A stretch of 64,000 nucleotides of DNA from Alphaproteobacteria bacterium. GTDB taxonomy: Bacteria; Pseudomonadota; Alphaproteobacteria; MPNO01; UBA830. Position numbers and translations under genes: made by a program. The DNA lies in assembly GCA_965243135.1 (NCBI GenBank), contig OZ251539.1, forward strand, positions 3,200,001-3,264,000, given 5' to 3'. Below are positions 41,870 to 55,550 of this stretch, one piece after another (position 1 is the stretch's first letter; each line of letters starts with the position of its first letter). The notes below the pieces were generated by a model, which saw only the letters and a list, made by a program, of their open reading frames with translations, searched no databases and was not told the origin of the DNA.

Positions 41870-42835
41870 CTACATGAACAGCTTTTCGCCCTTCATGTCC
41901 TTGTAGAGGTGCGCCACCTCCTCGGCGTAGCCGTTGTAGAGGAGGGTCGGCACGCGCTTGTCGGCGCCGAGCAGCCGTTCGGTCGCCTGGCTCCAGCGCG
42001 GATGCGGCACCTCCGGGTTCACGTTGGCCCAGAAGCCGTACTCGTTGCCCTGAATTTGTTCCCAGAAGCTTTTCGGCCGCTTGTCGGTGAAGGTGAAGCG
42101 CACGATCGACTTGATCTGCTTGAACCCGTACTTCCACGGCGCGATCAGCCTGAGCGGCGCGCCGTTCTGCTTGGGCATCGGCTTGCCGTAGGCGCCCGTG
42201 CCGATTATCGCGAGCGGGTTGACCGCCTCTTCGAGCGTCACGCCTTCGAGATAAGGCCACGGATACCAGACCTGACGCTGCCCGGGCGCGATCGACTTGT
42301 CGCTGAAGGTTTCCATCACGACGTATCTGGCGCCCGAAAGCGGCTGCGCGAAGTCGACGAGATCCTTCATCGGAAAGCCGGTCCAGGGCACCGCCATCGC
42401 CCACGCCTCGACGCAGCGGTGGCGGTACAGCCGCTCCTCCAGCGCCATGCCGCGCAGAAGCGCGTCGACGTCGACCGTCTTTTCCTTTTCGACCATCCCG
42501 TCGAAGGTGACGGTCCAGGGGCGGATCTTGAGTTTCTGGGCGGCGCGCCAGATGTTCTTGTGCGAGCCGAACTCGTAGAAGTTGTTGTAGGTCGTCGCAA
42601 TTTTTTCGGGGGTGACATCCCGGTCGAGCTCGTATTTCCCGTTGCGATTCGCCGGATAAAGATCCGACGACGGGTCGGCGGCGGCCGACGCCAGCCGGGA
42701 AAATCCGAGCAGCGGGCCGGCGAGGATCGTCCCGGCGGCAATGGACTTGCACAGCTCGCGGCGGTTGAAGAAAGCGGCTTCGGGCGTCGCGGCCGATTCC
42801 GGAAGCTCCCAGCGCGGCTTGGATCGAGTGAGCAT
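41870..42835 (-). CDS. msrP: Periplasmic methionine sulfoxide reductase catalytic subunit
   Basis: Tat signal NRREL, YNNFYEFG, ERLYRHRCVEAW, QNGAPLRL..PWKYGFK and EYGFWANVNP.VPHPRWSQA. Confidence 0.95.
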   Translation of the reverse strand: MLTRSKPRWELPESAATPEAAFFNRRELCKSIAAGTILAGPLLGFSRLASAAADPSSDLYPANRNGKYELDRDVTPEKIATTYNNFYEFGSHKNIWRAAQKLKIRPWTVTFDGMVEKEKTVDVDALLRGMALEERLYRHRCVEAWAMAVPWTGFPMKDLVDFAQPLSGARYVVMETFSDKSIAPGQRQVWYPWPYLEGVTLEEAVNPLAIIGTGAYGKPMPKQNGAPLRLIAPWKYGFKQIKSIVRFTFTDKRPKSFWEQIQGNEYGFWANVNPEVPHPRWSQATERLLGADKRVPTLLYNGYAEEVAHLYKDMKGEKLFM

Positions 42836-43042
42836 GGCATGTTCTCCTGCATCGGTTGCCGAACAACATAGAGCCCGCGCCGGGAAGGGCAAATCACATT
42901 TTCGTCAACTGCCCCCAGTTGAACTTCCGGAAGCAAGCGTCGACCGGCTCACGCGTGCTTCCGCAGGAAGCGCAATGCCTAGCTGTCGGCCCCGCCGGCC
43001 GACGCGCCGATCAGCGTTGACGAGAATCTCCCATGGCGTGCT

Positions 43043-44374
43043 TCAGCTATCTTCGCCATAATGTCGCGCAAGCAGTTTCGCCGTCTGGTTTTTGACGTCC
43101 GAATTTCTTCCCTCCATCGCCGATTTGACGAGCCTGGAAATTATGCGTTCCTTCAGCTTGATATCGGCAAGTTCATTCCGCTGCACCACTTCCGTCCACC
43201 GGCTGCGGGACTGATCGCTTCTACTGGTCAATTTTCCGAGAACTCTCGTATCCGCCGGCAGAACCTGATCCAGATAATACTGCCATCGATGTTCGCCGAT
43301 TTTTTCCAGAATCCTCGACGCGATCGGAGATGCCTCCCATGCTATCCCGTATTCATTTCCCAGAACTACGGACAACAGCGCGGTGATGCAGACGGGAAGC
43401 GCCGGAATTGGAATGGAAGTCCCCAGCCGGCCAAAACTTCTGGTAGGAGAAGTTTCATTATAGAAATTATTCATCCCGTCATGAGCGCGGAGGATCGCAT
43501 CAGCCGCTTTTGCGAAAGTATCGCTACGAAGATTCTCAGGAACGAAGTCGAATCCCTGCGCTTTCATAAGCGCTCGTTTCAAACCGCCTGCGGATATCGT
43601 TTTTCCGTCCAAGTAAACTTCTGCGTATGTACGTCCGACTTGCCATTTTTCGGGATCCTTAAGTTTCGGCCAAAGGATAGGTAAAATGAGATTGGCGTTG
43701 GCGAGAGAACGTTCCAACCGCGCTCCGGCAGAATTTTTGGCCGAATTCATTAAAATCTTTATCGTCAGCTTCCAAAAGAAGTAAGATGACGCAATCAAAC
43801 TGTCGATTTTATTCTTATCGGAGGAAAACGATTCCGACTCGAGCGCATTGCGAAACTCAACAAACTTCTCCGCTACTTCTATTTTCGGTTTTGCCAAAAC
43901 AGATTTCACGCAAACTTTCAGTGCACCAATCGCCTTCAACCCATCGACCTCTTCTTCGCCATCATTTTCCTCCATTTCTAGCTGATTGAAATGCGCGATC
44001 ATCTCGTGCGTGTGGCGCAACCGCATTGCCTCGGTTCCGTTGATAACCCCAAGCTCTTCGGCCAGCCTGATCGTATCCCGCGCCGTCAGTAAATCCTCCA
44101 CATCGTCTTGCTCGCTTACTTCCCTCCTGTCGAGCATTTCCCCAAGCAGTTGAAGGCCCACCGTCGCCAGTTCTTGTTTGAGCGAAGCGACGGTGCGCAG
44201 CCAAAGAAAGTTGAGGGCCATTTCGTAACGCTCCGCATCGAAAGCCGAGACGATCCGACGCTGGCTTTTCCTGCTGAGTCGCGCTGCATACCTCGTTATG
44301 ACTTTCGGGGTATTGGCGTCCGAAGGAACAAGTTCATTGTGTGCGGGCCGCCACAATTGCATCGGAACATTCAT
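43043..44374 (-). CDS. Hypothetical helical protein (about 443 aa), possibly with a HEPN-like N-terminal region
   Basis: Long ORF with AT-richer codon usage and a GGGAGA RBS before MNVPMQ. Contains RLRHTHEMIAH after a helical region. Confidence 0.7.
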   Translation of the reverse strand: MNVPMQLWRPAHNELVPSDANTPKVITRYAARLSRKSQRRIVSAFDAERYEMALNFLWLRTVASLKQELATVGLQLLGEMLDRREVSEQDDVEDLLTARDTIRLAEELGVINGTEAMRLRHTHEMIAHFNQLEMEENDGEEEVDGLKAIGALKVCVKSVLAKPKIEVAEKFVEFRNALESESFSSDKNKIDSLIASSYFFWKLTIKILMNSAKNSAGARLERSLANANLILPILWPKLKDPEKWQVGRTYAEVYLDGKTISAGGLKRALMKAQGFDFVPENLRSDTFAKAADAILRAHDGMNNFYNETSPTRSFGRLGTSIPIPALPVCITALLSVVLGNEYGIAWEASPIASRILEKIGEHRWQYYLDQVLPADTRVLGKLTSRSDQSRSRWTEVVQRNELADIKLKERIISRLVKSAMEGRNSDVKNQTAKLLARHYGEDS

Positions 44375-44577
44375 TGATGCGTCTCCCCGAACTCCGTCCA
44401 TCCGTCCCGAAATTGCGTGAAGGTTGCGAACACCCCTGCTCCAATCGGCGTATCAATGTTTCATACGCTCTTCTTCGCAGTATTGGAGTTAGGAAAGTAG
44501 TGGTCCATGCGATGAACCTTGCGTGCAGGATTCAACGGCTCGCCGCCCGTCCGCGCTTCCTCCAAAAAACTATCGAG

Positions 44578-45903
44578 TTAAATGCCCTCCAAATAAAGAT
44601 CAGAAAATGGCTTTGACAGCTCATGCTTAATTTTCGCGATCTTCATTTTGAAGTCGTCTTCAATTCGAACGGGATTTGGAAAATGATTAAGGGCAACGAA
44701 CCGTTCATTATCCGGATATTTGGTAATATGAACCTCTAGCCATTTTAGAATGTCCAGACTGTGAGTCGCGACAACAACTTTAACGCCGCCCTTTGCCAAT
44801 TGAAAAAGAGCTTCTGCCAAAACAACTTGCCAACTTGGATGAAGATGAGCTTCGGGCTCGTCTATAAAGAGCATCGTCCTGCGATCAATGATCTTGCGTT
44901 CGATCAACGCGGCAAGGATGCCGATATTCGCAACGCCCGTAGCGGTCATTTGCAAGGAATAGCTGCGCCCGTTCTCCTGAAACATCATTTCGCCTCGTTC
45001 CGAAACGGAAACATGGCCATTGATTACGTCGCTGCCAACAAGCGAATGATAAACTTCTGGATATGCCATCTCTCCAGAGTATTCATGGGCAAGCTTGGCG
45101 GCGATATCGTAGAAATACTCTGGGACGCCCGTCAAGGTATCTCTGTGAGCGTGACGCGGAAAGTGACGGCGTATATCCTGAAGAGCGGTGAGCAACTTCC
45201 AATAAACGGGAGATTCCAAGTAAACGACATTGGCAATTTCGCCGAATGCCGCAAACGTCGAGCGTCCAATTCCCAATTCGAGATCCTTACCCGAAATGGT
45301 CAGCTGAATTATTTCATCGACATTTACTTTTGAATCTTCGTTCGGTTGCCCATTAAGTTCAGAAACTCCAGGAATCTGAAAGTTTTTGATTAGATTTTGT
45401 TCGATGCGATGTTTTAGCACCGCTTGAGTATATTTCCATTCATCTATCCCATCTCCAAATTCTTTCAAAATGTTATCAAGCGCCATTGACAGCTCTGCGA
45501 ACGCAAGCATTTGTCGTTGCATCCCCGGATTTTCAATTTCAACATCTATGACCTTTTTCATTCCTTTTGCTTTCAGATTTAATTCCGAAACTATGTCATC
45601 GAAACCTTGAGTTCCATCCTCGGAATAGGATGCAACAGTTCTTTTCATTTCAGATATTTGATTCCGAATAAAATCAGCGAGAATCCGTTTTTCTTCTGGG
45701 ATCGCATGAGGTTTGAGCGAATTAACCGCGTGCCGAAGCCCGTCCTGCTTCAGATCGGCGTTCATTGGGTCCAAAAGCGAGTACAGAAGCCTCGAAACGA
45801 AACTCTTCCCCGTATTGTTGGGGCCTGCGAACACCGTAAATTCGCCTATGTCGATCTCGGCTTCTTTTATTTTTCCAAAATTTCTAACCTTCAGGCTTTG
45901 CAT
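44578..45903 (-). CDS. ABC-type (AAA_15/AAA_21-like) ATPase with a coiled insert
   Basis: LKVRNFGKI, Walker A GPNNTGKS, signature TATGV, Walker B FIDEPEAHLHP and H-loop VATHS. Confidence 0.88.
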   Translation of the reverse strand: MQSLKVRNFGKIKEAEIDIGEFTVFAGPNNTGKSFVSRLLYSLLDPMNADLKQDGLRHAVNSLKPHAIPEEKRILADFIRNQISEMKRTVASYSEDGTQGFDDIVSELNLKAKGMKKVIDVEIENPGMQRQMLAFAELSMALDNILKEFGDGIDEWKYTQAVLKHRIEQNLIKNFQIPGVSELNGQPNEDSKVNVDEIIQLTISGKDLELGIGRSTFAAFGEIANVVYLESPVYWKLLTALQDIRRHFPRHAHRDTLTGVPEYFYDIAAKLAHEYSGEMAYPEVYHSLVGSDVINGHVSVSERGEMMFQENGRSYSLQMTATGVANIGILAALIERKIIDRRTMLFIDEPEAHLHPSWQVVLAEALFQLAKGGVKVVVATHSLDILKWLEVHITKYPDNERFVALNHFPNPVRIEDDFKMKIAKIKHELSKPFSDLYLEGI

Positions 45904-46019
45904 TAGTGATCTCGCTCACGGCGGGTTTTCCATGCTTGGCGTCGACGCGCGGTCCGGCGGAGACCGCGCCTCTCCGCTCAAACGCCGTAGTTCTTGTCGC
46001 CGTCGCCTCGCGTTATCGG

Positions 46020-48047
46020 CTAATGCGCCCGCTCCTCTTCGCGTTTCGCGGCGCGCTGCTGCACGATCTCGTCCGCGAGGCGGCCGCTCAGTTCCTGCAA
46101 ATGATCGAACTCCGCCGTGTACCTCCCCACGCCCTGGGTCAGCGACCGCAATTCGATGATCAGATCGTAGATCTCCGATTCGGGCATGTTCGCGAACAGC
46201 GAATCCCAACCGGTCCAACCCTCCTTCGGCTCGAAGCCCAGGATCTGGCCGCGCCGGCCGCTGACCAGCCCGTGCACCTTGTTGGTGTGCTCGGAAGGCA
46301 CGTCGATGGTGACCTTGGCGATCGGCTCGAGCAGCACCGGCGCGCATTTCGGCATGCCTTCCGTCATCGCGACCCGCGCCGCGAGCTTGAACGACATCTC
46401 GTTGCTGTCGACGGAATGGAACTTGCCGTCGGTGAGCGTGACCGCGAAATCCACGACCGGAAAGCCGAGCGGCCCCTCGGCCGCGAACTCCTTGATTCCG
46501 GCCTCCACCGCCGGAATGTATTGCTTCGGTACCGCGCCGCCAACGATCTTGTCGGCGAATTCGAAACCCTCTCCCCGAGGGCGGGGAGCGATGTCCACCA
46601 TGACGTCGCCGAACATGCCGTGGCCGCCGGTCTGGCGCTTGAAGCGGCCGTGCTGCGTCACGGACTTCTGGATCGTCTCCTTGTAGGGCACGCTCGGGCG
46701 CGCCGACTTGGCGGAGACGTTGTACTTGCCGCGCAACTTCTCGAGCGAAATCCGCAGGTGAATGTCGCCTTGCCCGTAGAGGACGAGCTCGTGGGTATCC
46801 TCGTTCTGCTCGTAACTCAGCGACGGATCCTCCTCGTTCAGGCGCTGCAGGCCGCCGGTCAGCTTGACCTCGTCGTTCCGGTTCTCGGGCGTGATCGCCA
46901 GCGAATAGACCGGGGTGAGCGGGACCGGCCAGGCGGATCCGTCGGGCGCGTCGCCGTCCGCGGTCAAAACGTCGCCGGTGCGCACGGACTCCATGCGGCC
47001 CAGGCCGACGACGACGCCGGCGGAAGCGCTCTGGATCGGCTCCGTCTGGCTTCCCAGCATCTTCGACAGGCTGCCGATCCGGCCGCCGTCGAGCGTCTGA
47101 CCGTCCCGGACCTCTCCCGCCCAGACCCTCGCGAGCGAAATCTTGCCGCTGTGCTGGGCATGGCAGGTCTTGAACACCTGAAGCGTCGCGCCGGCGGCGG
47201 AACCGAAGCCCAAATTCGCGGCGCGAACCTCGGGCCCGGGCGTATCGTGCCGCAGCGCCTTGAGCAGACGGCGAACCCCGTGAGTCCGTTCCGCCGACCC
47301 GAAGAATACCGGCACCAGCCGCCCCTCCCGCATGGCGCCCGCCGCCTTCGCGTAGATTTCGTCGACGTCGGGCACTTCGTCTTCGAGAAGCTTCTCGAGG
47401 ATCGAGTCGTCGAAATCCGCGAGCGTCTCGAGCATCTCCCCGCGAGCGATTTCTATCTCGTCGGAAAGCGCTTCGGGAAACTCGATTTCCTTCGACTCCG
47501 CGCCGTCGACGTAGCTGTAGGCCCGGCGGCTGCTCAGGTCGACGTACCCGGTGACCGCCTCGCCCTCGGTAATGGGATACTCCCGCAGCAGCAACGGCGC
47601 CGCCGCCACGTTCTTGAGGGACGCCGCCACGTCGGGAATCGGCTCGGCCAGCGTGTCGACCTTGTTGACGAAGACCATGTGCGGCAGCTTTCGCGCCTCG
47701 AGCGCCCTGAAGATCGGCGAAAGCGTCGCCGCGCGGTCGGCCACGGGCTCCATGACGACGACGCCGACGTCGGCGACGTTGAGCGCGTTCAACGCCTCCT
47801 GCAGCAACTCGATCGATCCGGGGCAATCGACGATCGACCAGTCGTCTCCGAGATAGTCCATCGATGCGGCGTTGAGTTCGGTGCTCATCTGGCGCGCCCT
47901 CGCCTCGCCGGACGAATCCCCGACCGTATTGCCCTCCTTGACCGATCCCTTGCGGTGGATCGCGCCCGCCGTGAAGAGCATGCTCTCGAGAAGGGTCGTC
48001 TTGCCGCTGAGATAGGGTCCGACCAGCGCGGCGCAGCGTGCACTCAT
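46020..48047 (-). CDS. Elongation factor G paralogue (EF-G2-like)
   Basis: Divergent G motifs GPYLSGKTT, DCPGS and NKVD. EEDPS, GQGDIHL, KRQTGGHG, GPLGFPV, HSVDS and VLLEPI domains. Confidence 0.92.
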   Translation of the reverse strand: MSARCAALVGPYLSGKTTLLESMLFTAGAIHRKGSVKEGNTVGDSSGEARARQMSTELNAASMDYLGDDWSIVDCPGSIELLQEALNALNVADVGVVVMEPVADRAATLSPIFRALEARKLPHMVFVNKVDTLAEPIPDVAASLKNVAAAPLLLREYPITEGEAVTGYVDLSSRRAYSYVDGAESKEIEFPEALSDEIEIARGEMLETLADFDDSILEKLLEDEVPDVDEIYAKAAGAMREGRLVPVFFGSAERTHGVRRLLKALRHDTPGPEVRAANLGFGSAAGATLQVFKTCHAQHSGKISLARVWAGEVRDGQTLDGGRIGSLSKMLGSQTEPIQSASAGVVVGLGRMESVRTGDVLTADGDAPDGSAWPVPLTPVYSLAITPENRNDEVKLTGGLQRLNEEDPSLSYEQNEDTHELVLYGQGDIHLRISLEKLRGKYNVSAKSARPSVPYKETIQKSVTQHGRFKRQTGGHGMFGDVMVDIAPRPRGEGFEFADKIVGGAVPKQYIPAVEAGIKEFAAEGPLGFPVVDFAVTLTDGKFHSVDSNEMSFKLAARVAMTEGMPKCAPVLLEPIAKVTIDVPSEHTNKVHGLVSGRRGQILGFEPKEGWTGWDSLFANMPESEIYDLIIELRSLTQGVGRYTAEFDHLQELSGRLADEIVQQRAAKREEERAH

Positions 48048-48140
48048 TTCATTCCTCCTTCGGACGGCTGGAGGGGCAGCCCCGCAAGCCGCGTTGTTTC
48101 TTGGCCTTCGTTCCTGCGAGAGGCAGGCAAGGATTTCCGT

Positions 48141-51601
<3,461 letters not shown>

Positions 51602-51649
51602 CGGCGCGGCGCCGGCGGGAGCGCACTCCCGCCGACGCCGCCCGGCGCG

Positions 51650-52081
51650 TCAGTACCCGATCGCGAACGCGACCGCTGCGCCCGCCTCCGAAAGCGACAC
51701 CGAGGCGTCGCCGAAGCTGGGCGGCCCCATGACGCCCTTGGCGTCGTTGGCGAAGCCGTAACCTTCCAACGGGATGCCCAGAATGTTCGCGTCGAGCTCT
51801 CCGTTGCCGTTTTCGTCGTGGAACGCGTTTACGGCGTAGCGCGCCGGCGGCAGACCGCGAAACACGACCCGCAGTCCTCCGGCCTGGGCCAGATTCCAGG
51901 CGCCGGAGATCATGCCGGCGGAGGCGGGAAACTCGACTCCGTCGACGGCGGCGTGGACCGCCACGTAGACCTTGCCCTTGTCGGACCGGATGCCGTTCAC
52001 CTCGACGGCCAGATCGGCCGCGGCGGCGGGCAACGCGAAAGCGAGAACTGCGGCGAGGGATGCCGCGAATCGTCGAACCAT
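51650..52081 (-). CDS. DUF2141-family secreted protein
   Basis: Signal peptide, then YAVNAFHDENGNGELDAN.LGIPLEGYGFANDA..MGPPSF. Confidence 0.88.
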   Translation of the reverse strand: MVRRFAASLAAVLAFALPAAAADLAVEVNGIRSDKGKVYVAVHAAVDGVEFPASAGMISGAWNLAQAGGLRVVFRGLPPARYAVNAFHDENGNGELDANILGIPLEGYGFANDAKGVMGPPSFGDASVSLSEAGAAVAFAIGY

Positions 52082-52152
52082 GATGCATATCCTTCGGATG
52101 GTTGATAGACTGCGGCCGCTCAGGGCGGCGCGCCGAACGAACATGCAGGAGA

Positions 52153-52995
52153 ATGTCGATCGCCAGCAATCGGGAATCCGTAGAATGCGCCGATTCTTCG
52201 CGAACCGTCGCAAGCGCGCCGTTCGCGATACGCGAATGGCGCCGAAGCGGCCGACTCCGTCGCCACCTGCTCGGTCTCGCGCTGGCGATCGCCGTCTTTT
52301 CCTATCTCGGGCCGTTCGGCACGGGAACGCGGCTGAGCCCCGTCGAACTCGCGATCTATTGGACGATCGCCATGACGGTGAACTGGGCGATCGCCGTGGC
52401 GATCATCCCGTTCAGCGCGGCGGCGCTCAAACGAGCCGGAAAGCCGGCCTGGTTCGGCGTGATCGTCGGGGCGCTCGTGGCCGCGACGCCCGGCACGGCC
52501 GTCGTCGTTGCGCTGGAGGCGGCCTTCAACCGTACGCCGACGCGGGCGGCGGACCTCGTCTACGTATATTCCTGCGTCGCCGTCGTGTTCGTCGTGGTCG
52601 GCTTTCTGGCGTACCGGCTGATCGACCGCGCGGAGACCGCGGCGGGCGACGGCGCGCCGCGTCAACCGGCCGCGCCGCGGCCCGGAGCGCCGTTTCTGTC
52701 GCGCCTGTCGGCGCGGCGCGGACGCAATCTGTTGCACCTGCACATGCAGGACCATTACGTGGAAGCGCATACCGACAAGGGGTCCGAACTCGTTCTGCTC
52801 AGGTTTCGGGACGCGATTCGCGAACTGGAAGGACTCGACGGCATGCAGGTCCACCGCTCGCACTGGGTCGCGGCTTCCGCGGTGGACCGCGCGTTGCGCC
52901 GCAACGGGCGGCTGTTCCTCAAGCTAACGAACGGCGACGAAGTTCCGGTCAGCCGTTCCTTCGTTCCCGCGCTGAAGGAGCGGGGCTGGATCTGA
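52153..52995 (+). CDS. Membrane-anchored LytTR DNA-binding protein
   Basis: Four hydrophobic segments, then QDHYVEAHTDKG...LRFRDAI.EL...QVHRSHWVA...VPVSR. AGGAG RBS. Confidence 0.88.
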   Translation: MSIASNRESVECADSSRTVASAPFAIREWRRSGRLRRHLLGLALAIAVFSYLGPFGTGTRLSPVELAIYWTIAMTVNWAIAVAIIPFSAAALKRAGKPAWFGVIVGALVAATPGTAVVVALEAAFNRTPTRAADLVYVYSCVAVVFVVVGFLAYRLIDRAETAAGDGAPRQPAAPRPGAPFLSRLSARRGRNLLHLHMQDHYVEAHTDKGSELVLLRFRDAIRELEGLDGMQVHRSHWVAASAVDRALRRNGRLFLKLTNGDEVPVSRSFVPALKERGWI

Positions 52996-53245
52996 GCGCC
53001 CCGAAGCCTTGCCCTGCGCGCCGAAGACCCGCGGCGGAATCCCGACGGCCGGGCGCGGACCGCGCCGACGGCCGGCGAGGCGGGCGTTCCGCCTCCCCTC
53101 CCGTTGCGGAACCGGCGTTCGAACGCCCCGCGGGCCGGCTTCCGGTCGAGAGGTCGCGGCCGTTCCCGAGAGGAAACGGGTCGCGATTCCTTGCCGCGGC
53201 GGATTATGTTACGAACCCTGAACCACAGCGCTCCGTTCCCGCACC

Positions 53246-54223
53246 ATGACCTATCTTCTCACCATCGCCGGCTTCGCCCTGCTGCTGGCCGGCGGCGAAG
53301 CGATCGTCCGGGGATCGGTCGCGCTCGCGGACCGGCTGGGCGTTTCCCCGCTGGTCGTGGGCGTGACCGTCGTAGGCTTCGGAACGTCGCTGCCCGAAAT
53401 GGTCGTCTGCGTGAACGCCGCCCTCACCGGCGCGCCGGGCCTCGCGGTCGGGAACGTCGTCGGCAGCAACATCGCGAACACGATGCTCGTCGTCGGGGTC
53501 GCCGCGTTGATCCTGCCGATCGCGGTCAATCCCAAGGCCGTGCGCCGCGACGCGCTCGGCATGGTCCTGGCGACCTTCGTTTTCGTCGCCGTCGGAGCGA
53601 CGACCGGCGGGCTCGCTTGGTGGCACGGGGCGCTGCTGCTCGCCGTGCTGTGCGTATACGTCGGCTTCACTTTCTGGCACGACGACAAGACCGACGACGA
53701 CGCGGCGAAGCTGCATCGCGAGGAAGCGGCGGAAAGAGGCACGATTCCCCTTCGCCTCGCCAGCCTGTTCTCCATCGTCGCCGCCGGCCTCGTCGCCGTG
53801 GTCGTCGGCGCGGAATGGCTGGTGACCGGCGCCACGCAGATGGCGCGTTCGTTCGGCGTTCCCGAAGAAGTCATCGGTCTGACCCTCGTGGCGGTCGGCA
53901 CCTCGCTGCCCGAGCTCGCCACCGCCGTCGTCGCGGCGTATCGCGGCCATTCCGACGTGTGCGTGGGCAACGTATTGGGCAGCAACGTCTTCAACCTTTT
54001 CGGAATCGCCGGCGTCACGGCGCTGTTCGCGCCGCTGCCGTTCTCTCCCAAAATCCTGGAGTTCGACCTGTGGGCGCTGCTGGCGAGCGCCGTCGTCATC
54101 CTGCCGTTCATGCTGACGGGCTTCCGGATCAGCAGGATCGAGGGAGCGGCGCTCGCGGCGCTTTACTGCGCCTTCGTCGCCGCCCAGTTCACCGGCCTGA
54201 GCGGCCTGGTTTCCGGGGCCTGA
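53246..54223 (+). CDS. Calcium/sodium antiporter (YrbG-like)
   Basis: Two alpha repeats GTSLPE...GNVVGSNIAN and GTSLPE...GNVLGSNVFN. Confidence 0.94.
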   Translation: MTYLLTIAGFALLLAGGEAIVRGSVALADRLGVSPLVVGVTVVGFGTSLPEMVVCVNAALTGAPGLAVGNVVGSNIANTMLVVGVAALILPIAVNPKAVRRDALGMVLATFVFVAVGATTGGLAWWHGALLLAVLCVYVGFTFWHDDKTDDDAAKLHREEAAERGTIPLRLASLFSIVAAGLVAVVVGAEWLVTGATQMARSFGVPEEVIGLTLVAVGTSLPELATAVVAAYRGHSDVCVGNVLGSNVFNLFGIAGVTALFAPLPFSPKILEFDLWALLASAVVILPFMLTGFRISRIEGAALAALYCAFVAAQFTGLSGLVSGA

Positions 54224-54229
54224 ACGATC

Positions 54230-55009
54230 ATGGCGACCGACGCCCGCATGGTCCCCAAGGGAAACGCGCTCGTCACCGGAGCGGGCCGGCGGATCGGACG
54301 CGCCATCGCGCGCGCGCTCGCGAGCGACGGGTGGACGGTCGGCATCCACTGCCGGAATTCCGTCGACGAGGCGGAGGCCGCGCGCGCCGAAATCGTTCGG
54401 CGGGGCGGCAACGCCTACGTCGTCGTCGCGGACATATCCGACGAGGGCGAAGGCCGGCGGATTCTGGAACGGGCCGCCGAAGAAGCGGGGCCGGTCACCT
54501 GCCTCGTGAACAACGCCTCCGTCTTCGAGCGCGACGAGGTCCCGTCGGTCACGCGCGAAAGCTGGGATCTCCACATGGACGCCAACCTCCGGGCGCCCTT
54601 CTTCCTCGCCCAGACGATGGCGGCGAACCTGCCGCCCCGGCTGGAGGGCAACGTCGTCAACATCCTGGACCAGCGCGTGATCAACATGACCCCGGGCTTC
54701 GTTTCGTACACGGTCAGCAAGGCGGGCCTCTGGGCGCTCACCCGCAGCATGGCGCTGGCGCTCGCGCCGCGGATCCGGGTCAACGCGGTCGCTCCCGGCC
54801 CGACCCTGCCGAGCCCGCGCCAGTCGGCGGAGCAATTCAGGCGCCAGACCCTGCGCACGCCGCTGGGCCGCGGCGCGACGCCCGAAGAAATCGCCGACGG
54901 CGTTCGCTTCGTCCTTTCGGCGCCGTCGATGACGGGGCAGATAATCGCGCTCGACGGCGGCCAGCATCTGGGATGGGACGTTCCGCGAGCGCCCCCGATC
55001 GAGGAGTGA
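54230..55009 (+). CDS. SDR oxidoreductase, pteridine reductase/FolM-like
   Basis: TGAGRRIG, NNAS, YTVSK and VNAVAPG. Adjacent to folB. Confidence 0.88.
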   Translation: MATDARMVPKGNALVTGAGRRIGRAIARALASDGWTVGIHCRNSVDEAEAARAEIVRRGGNAYVVVADISDEGEGRRILERAAEEAGPVTCLVNNASVFERDEVPSVTRESWDLHMDANLRAPFFLAQTMAANLPPRLEGNVVNILDQRVINMTPGFVSYTVSKAGLWALTRSMALALAPRIRVNAVAPGPTLPSPRQSAEQFRRQTLRTPLGRGATPEEIADGVRFVLSAPSMTGQIIALDGGQHLGWDVPRAPPIEE

Positions 55010-55013
55010 CGGC

Positions 55014-55421
55014 ATGTCCGCCGCACCGCCGCAGACGAAATCCGTTCCCGGGCGTTCCGCGACGGAAAGCACGCGTAGGGTCTTCGTGAACGGTCTCGTT
55101 CTCGATTGCCTGATCGGAATTCACCGTCACGAACGCGACGGCGCGCAACGGGTGCGGATAAACCTGGATCTGGAGGTCAGGGAGTCGAAGCGGCCCATCG
55201 AGGACAAGCTGTCGAACGTGCTGTGCTACGAGCAGCTCGTCGCCAGGGTGCGAAAGCTGGCCGTTTCCGGACACGTCAATCTGGTCGAGACGCTCGCCGA
55301 GCGGGTAGCCTCGCTGTGCCTGGAAGAGCCGGAGGTCGCGGCGGCGAAGGTGCGGGTCGAAAAACTGGACGTTTTCGCCGACGCGGCCAGCGTCGGCGTG
55401 GAGATCTCGCGAAGAAAGTGA
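55014..55421 (+). CDS. folB: Dihydroneopterin aldolase
   Basis: IGIHRHER..AQRVRINLDL, CYE, LVETLAE, VEK...VGVEI. Confidence 0.92.
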   Translation: MSAAPPQTKSVPGRSATESTRRVFVNGLVLDCLIGIHRHERDGAQRVRINLDLEVRESKRPIEDKLSNVLCYEQLVARVRKLAVSGHVNLVETLAERVASLCLEEPEVAAAKVRVEKLDVFADAASVGVEISRRK

Positions 55422-55550
55422 CCGGACGACGCCGGACGTTCAACAGGTCCGCATTTCGCCGCGAGGCCGACGGGCGCGGGACAATCCGGACGACGGCGTC
55501 ATTCGTTTTTTTCGGGGCGCAGCCTGGCAGCGCCGGCCGCGCACGCGAAG

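Noticed and set aside
52190-52240. TTCGCGA repeats as LytTR binding sites
   Set aside because: The spacing is irregular and the motif is common in this GC-rich sequence.
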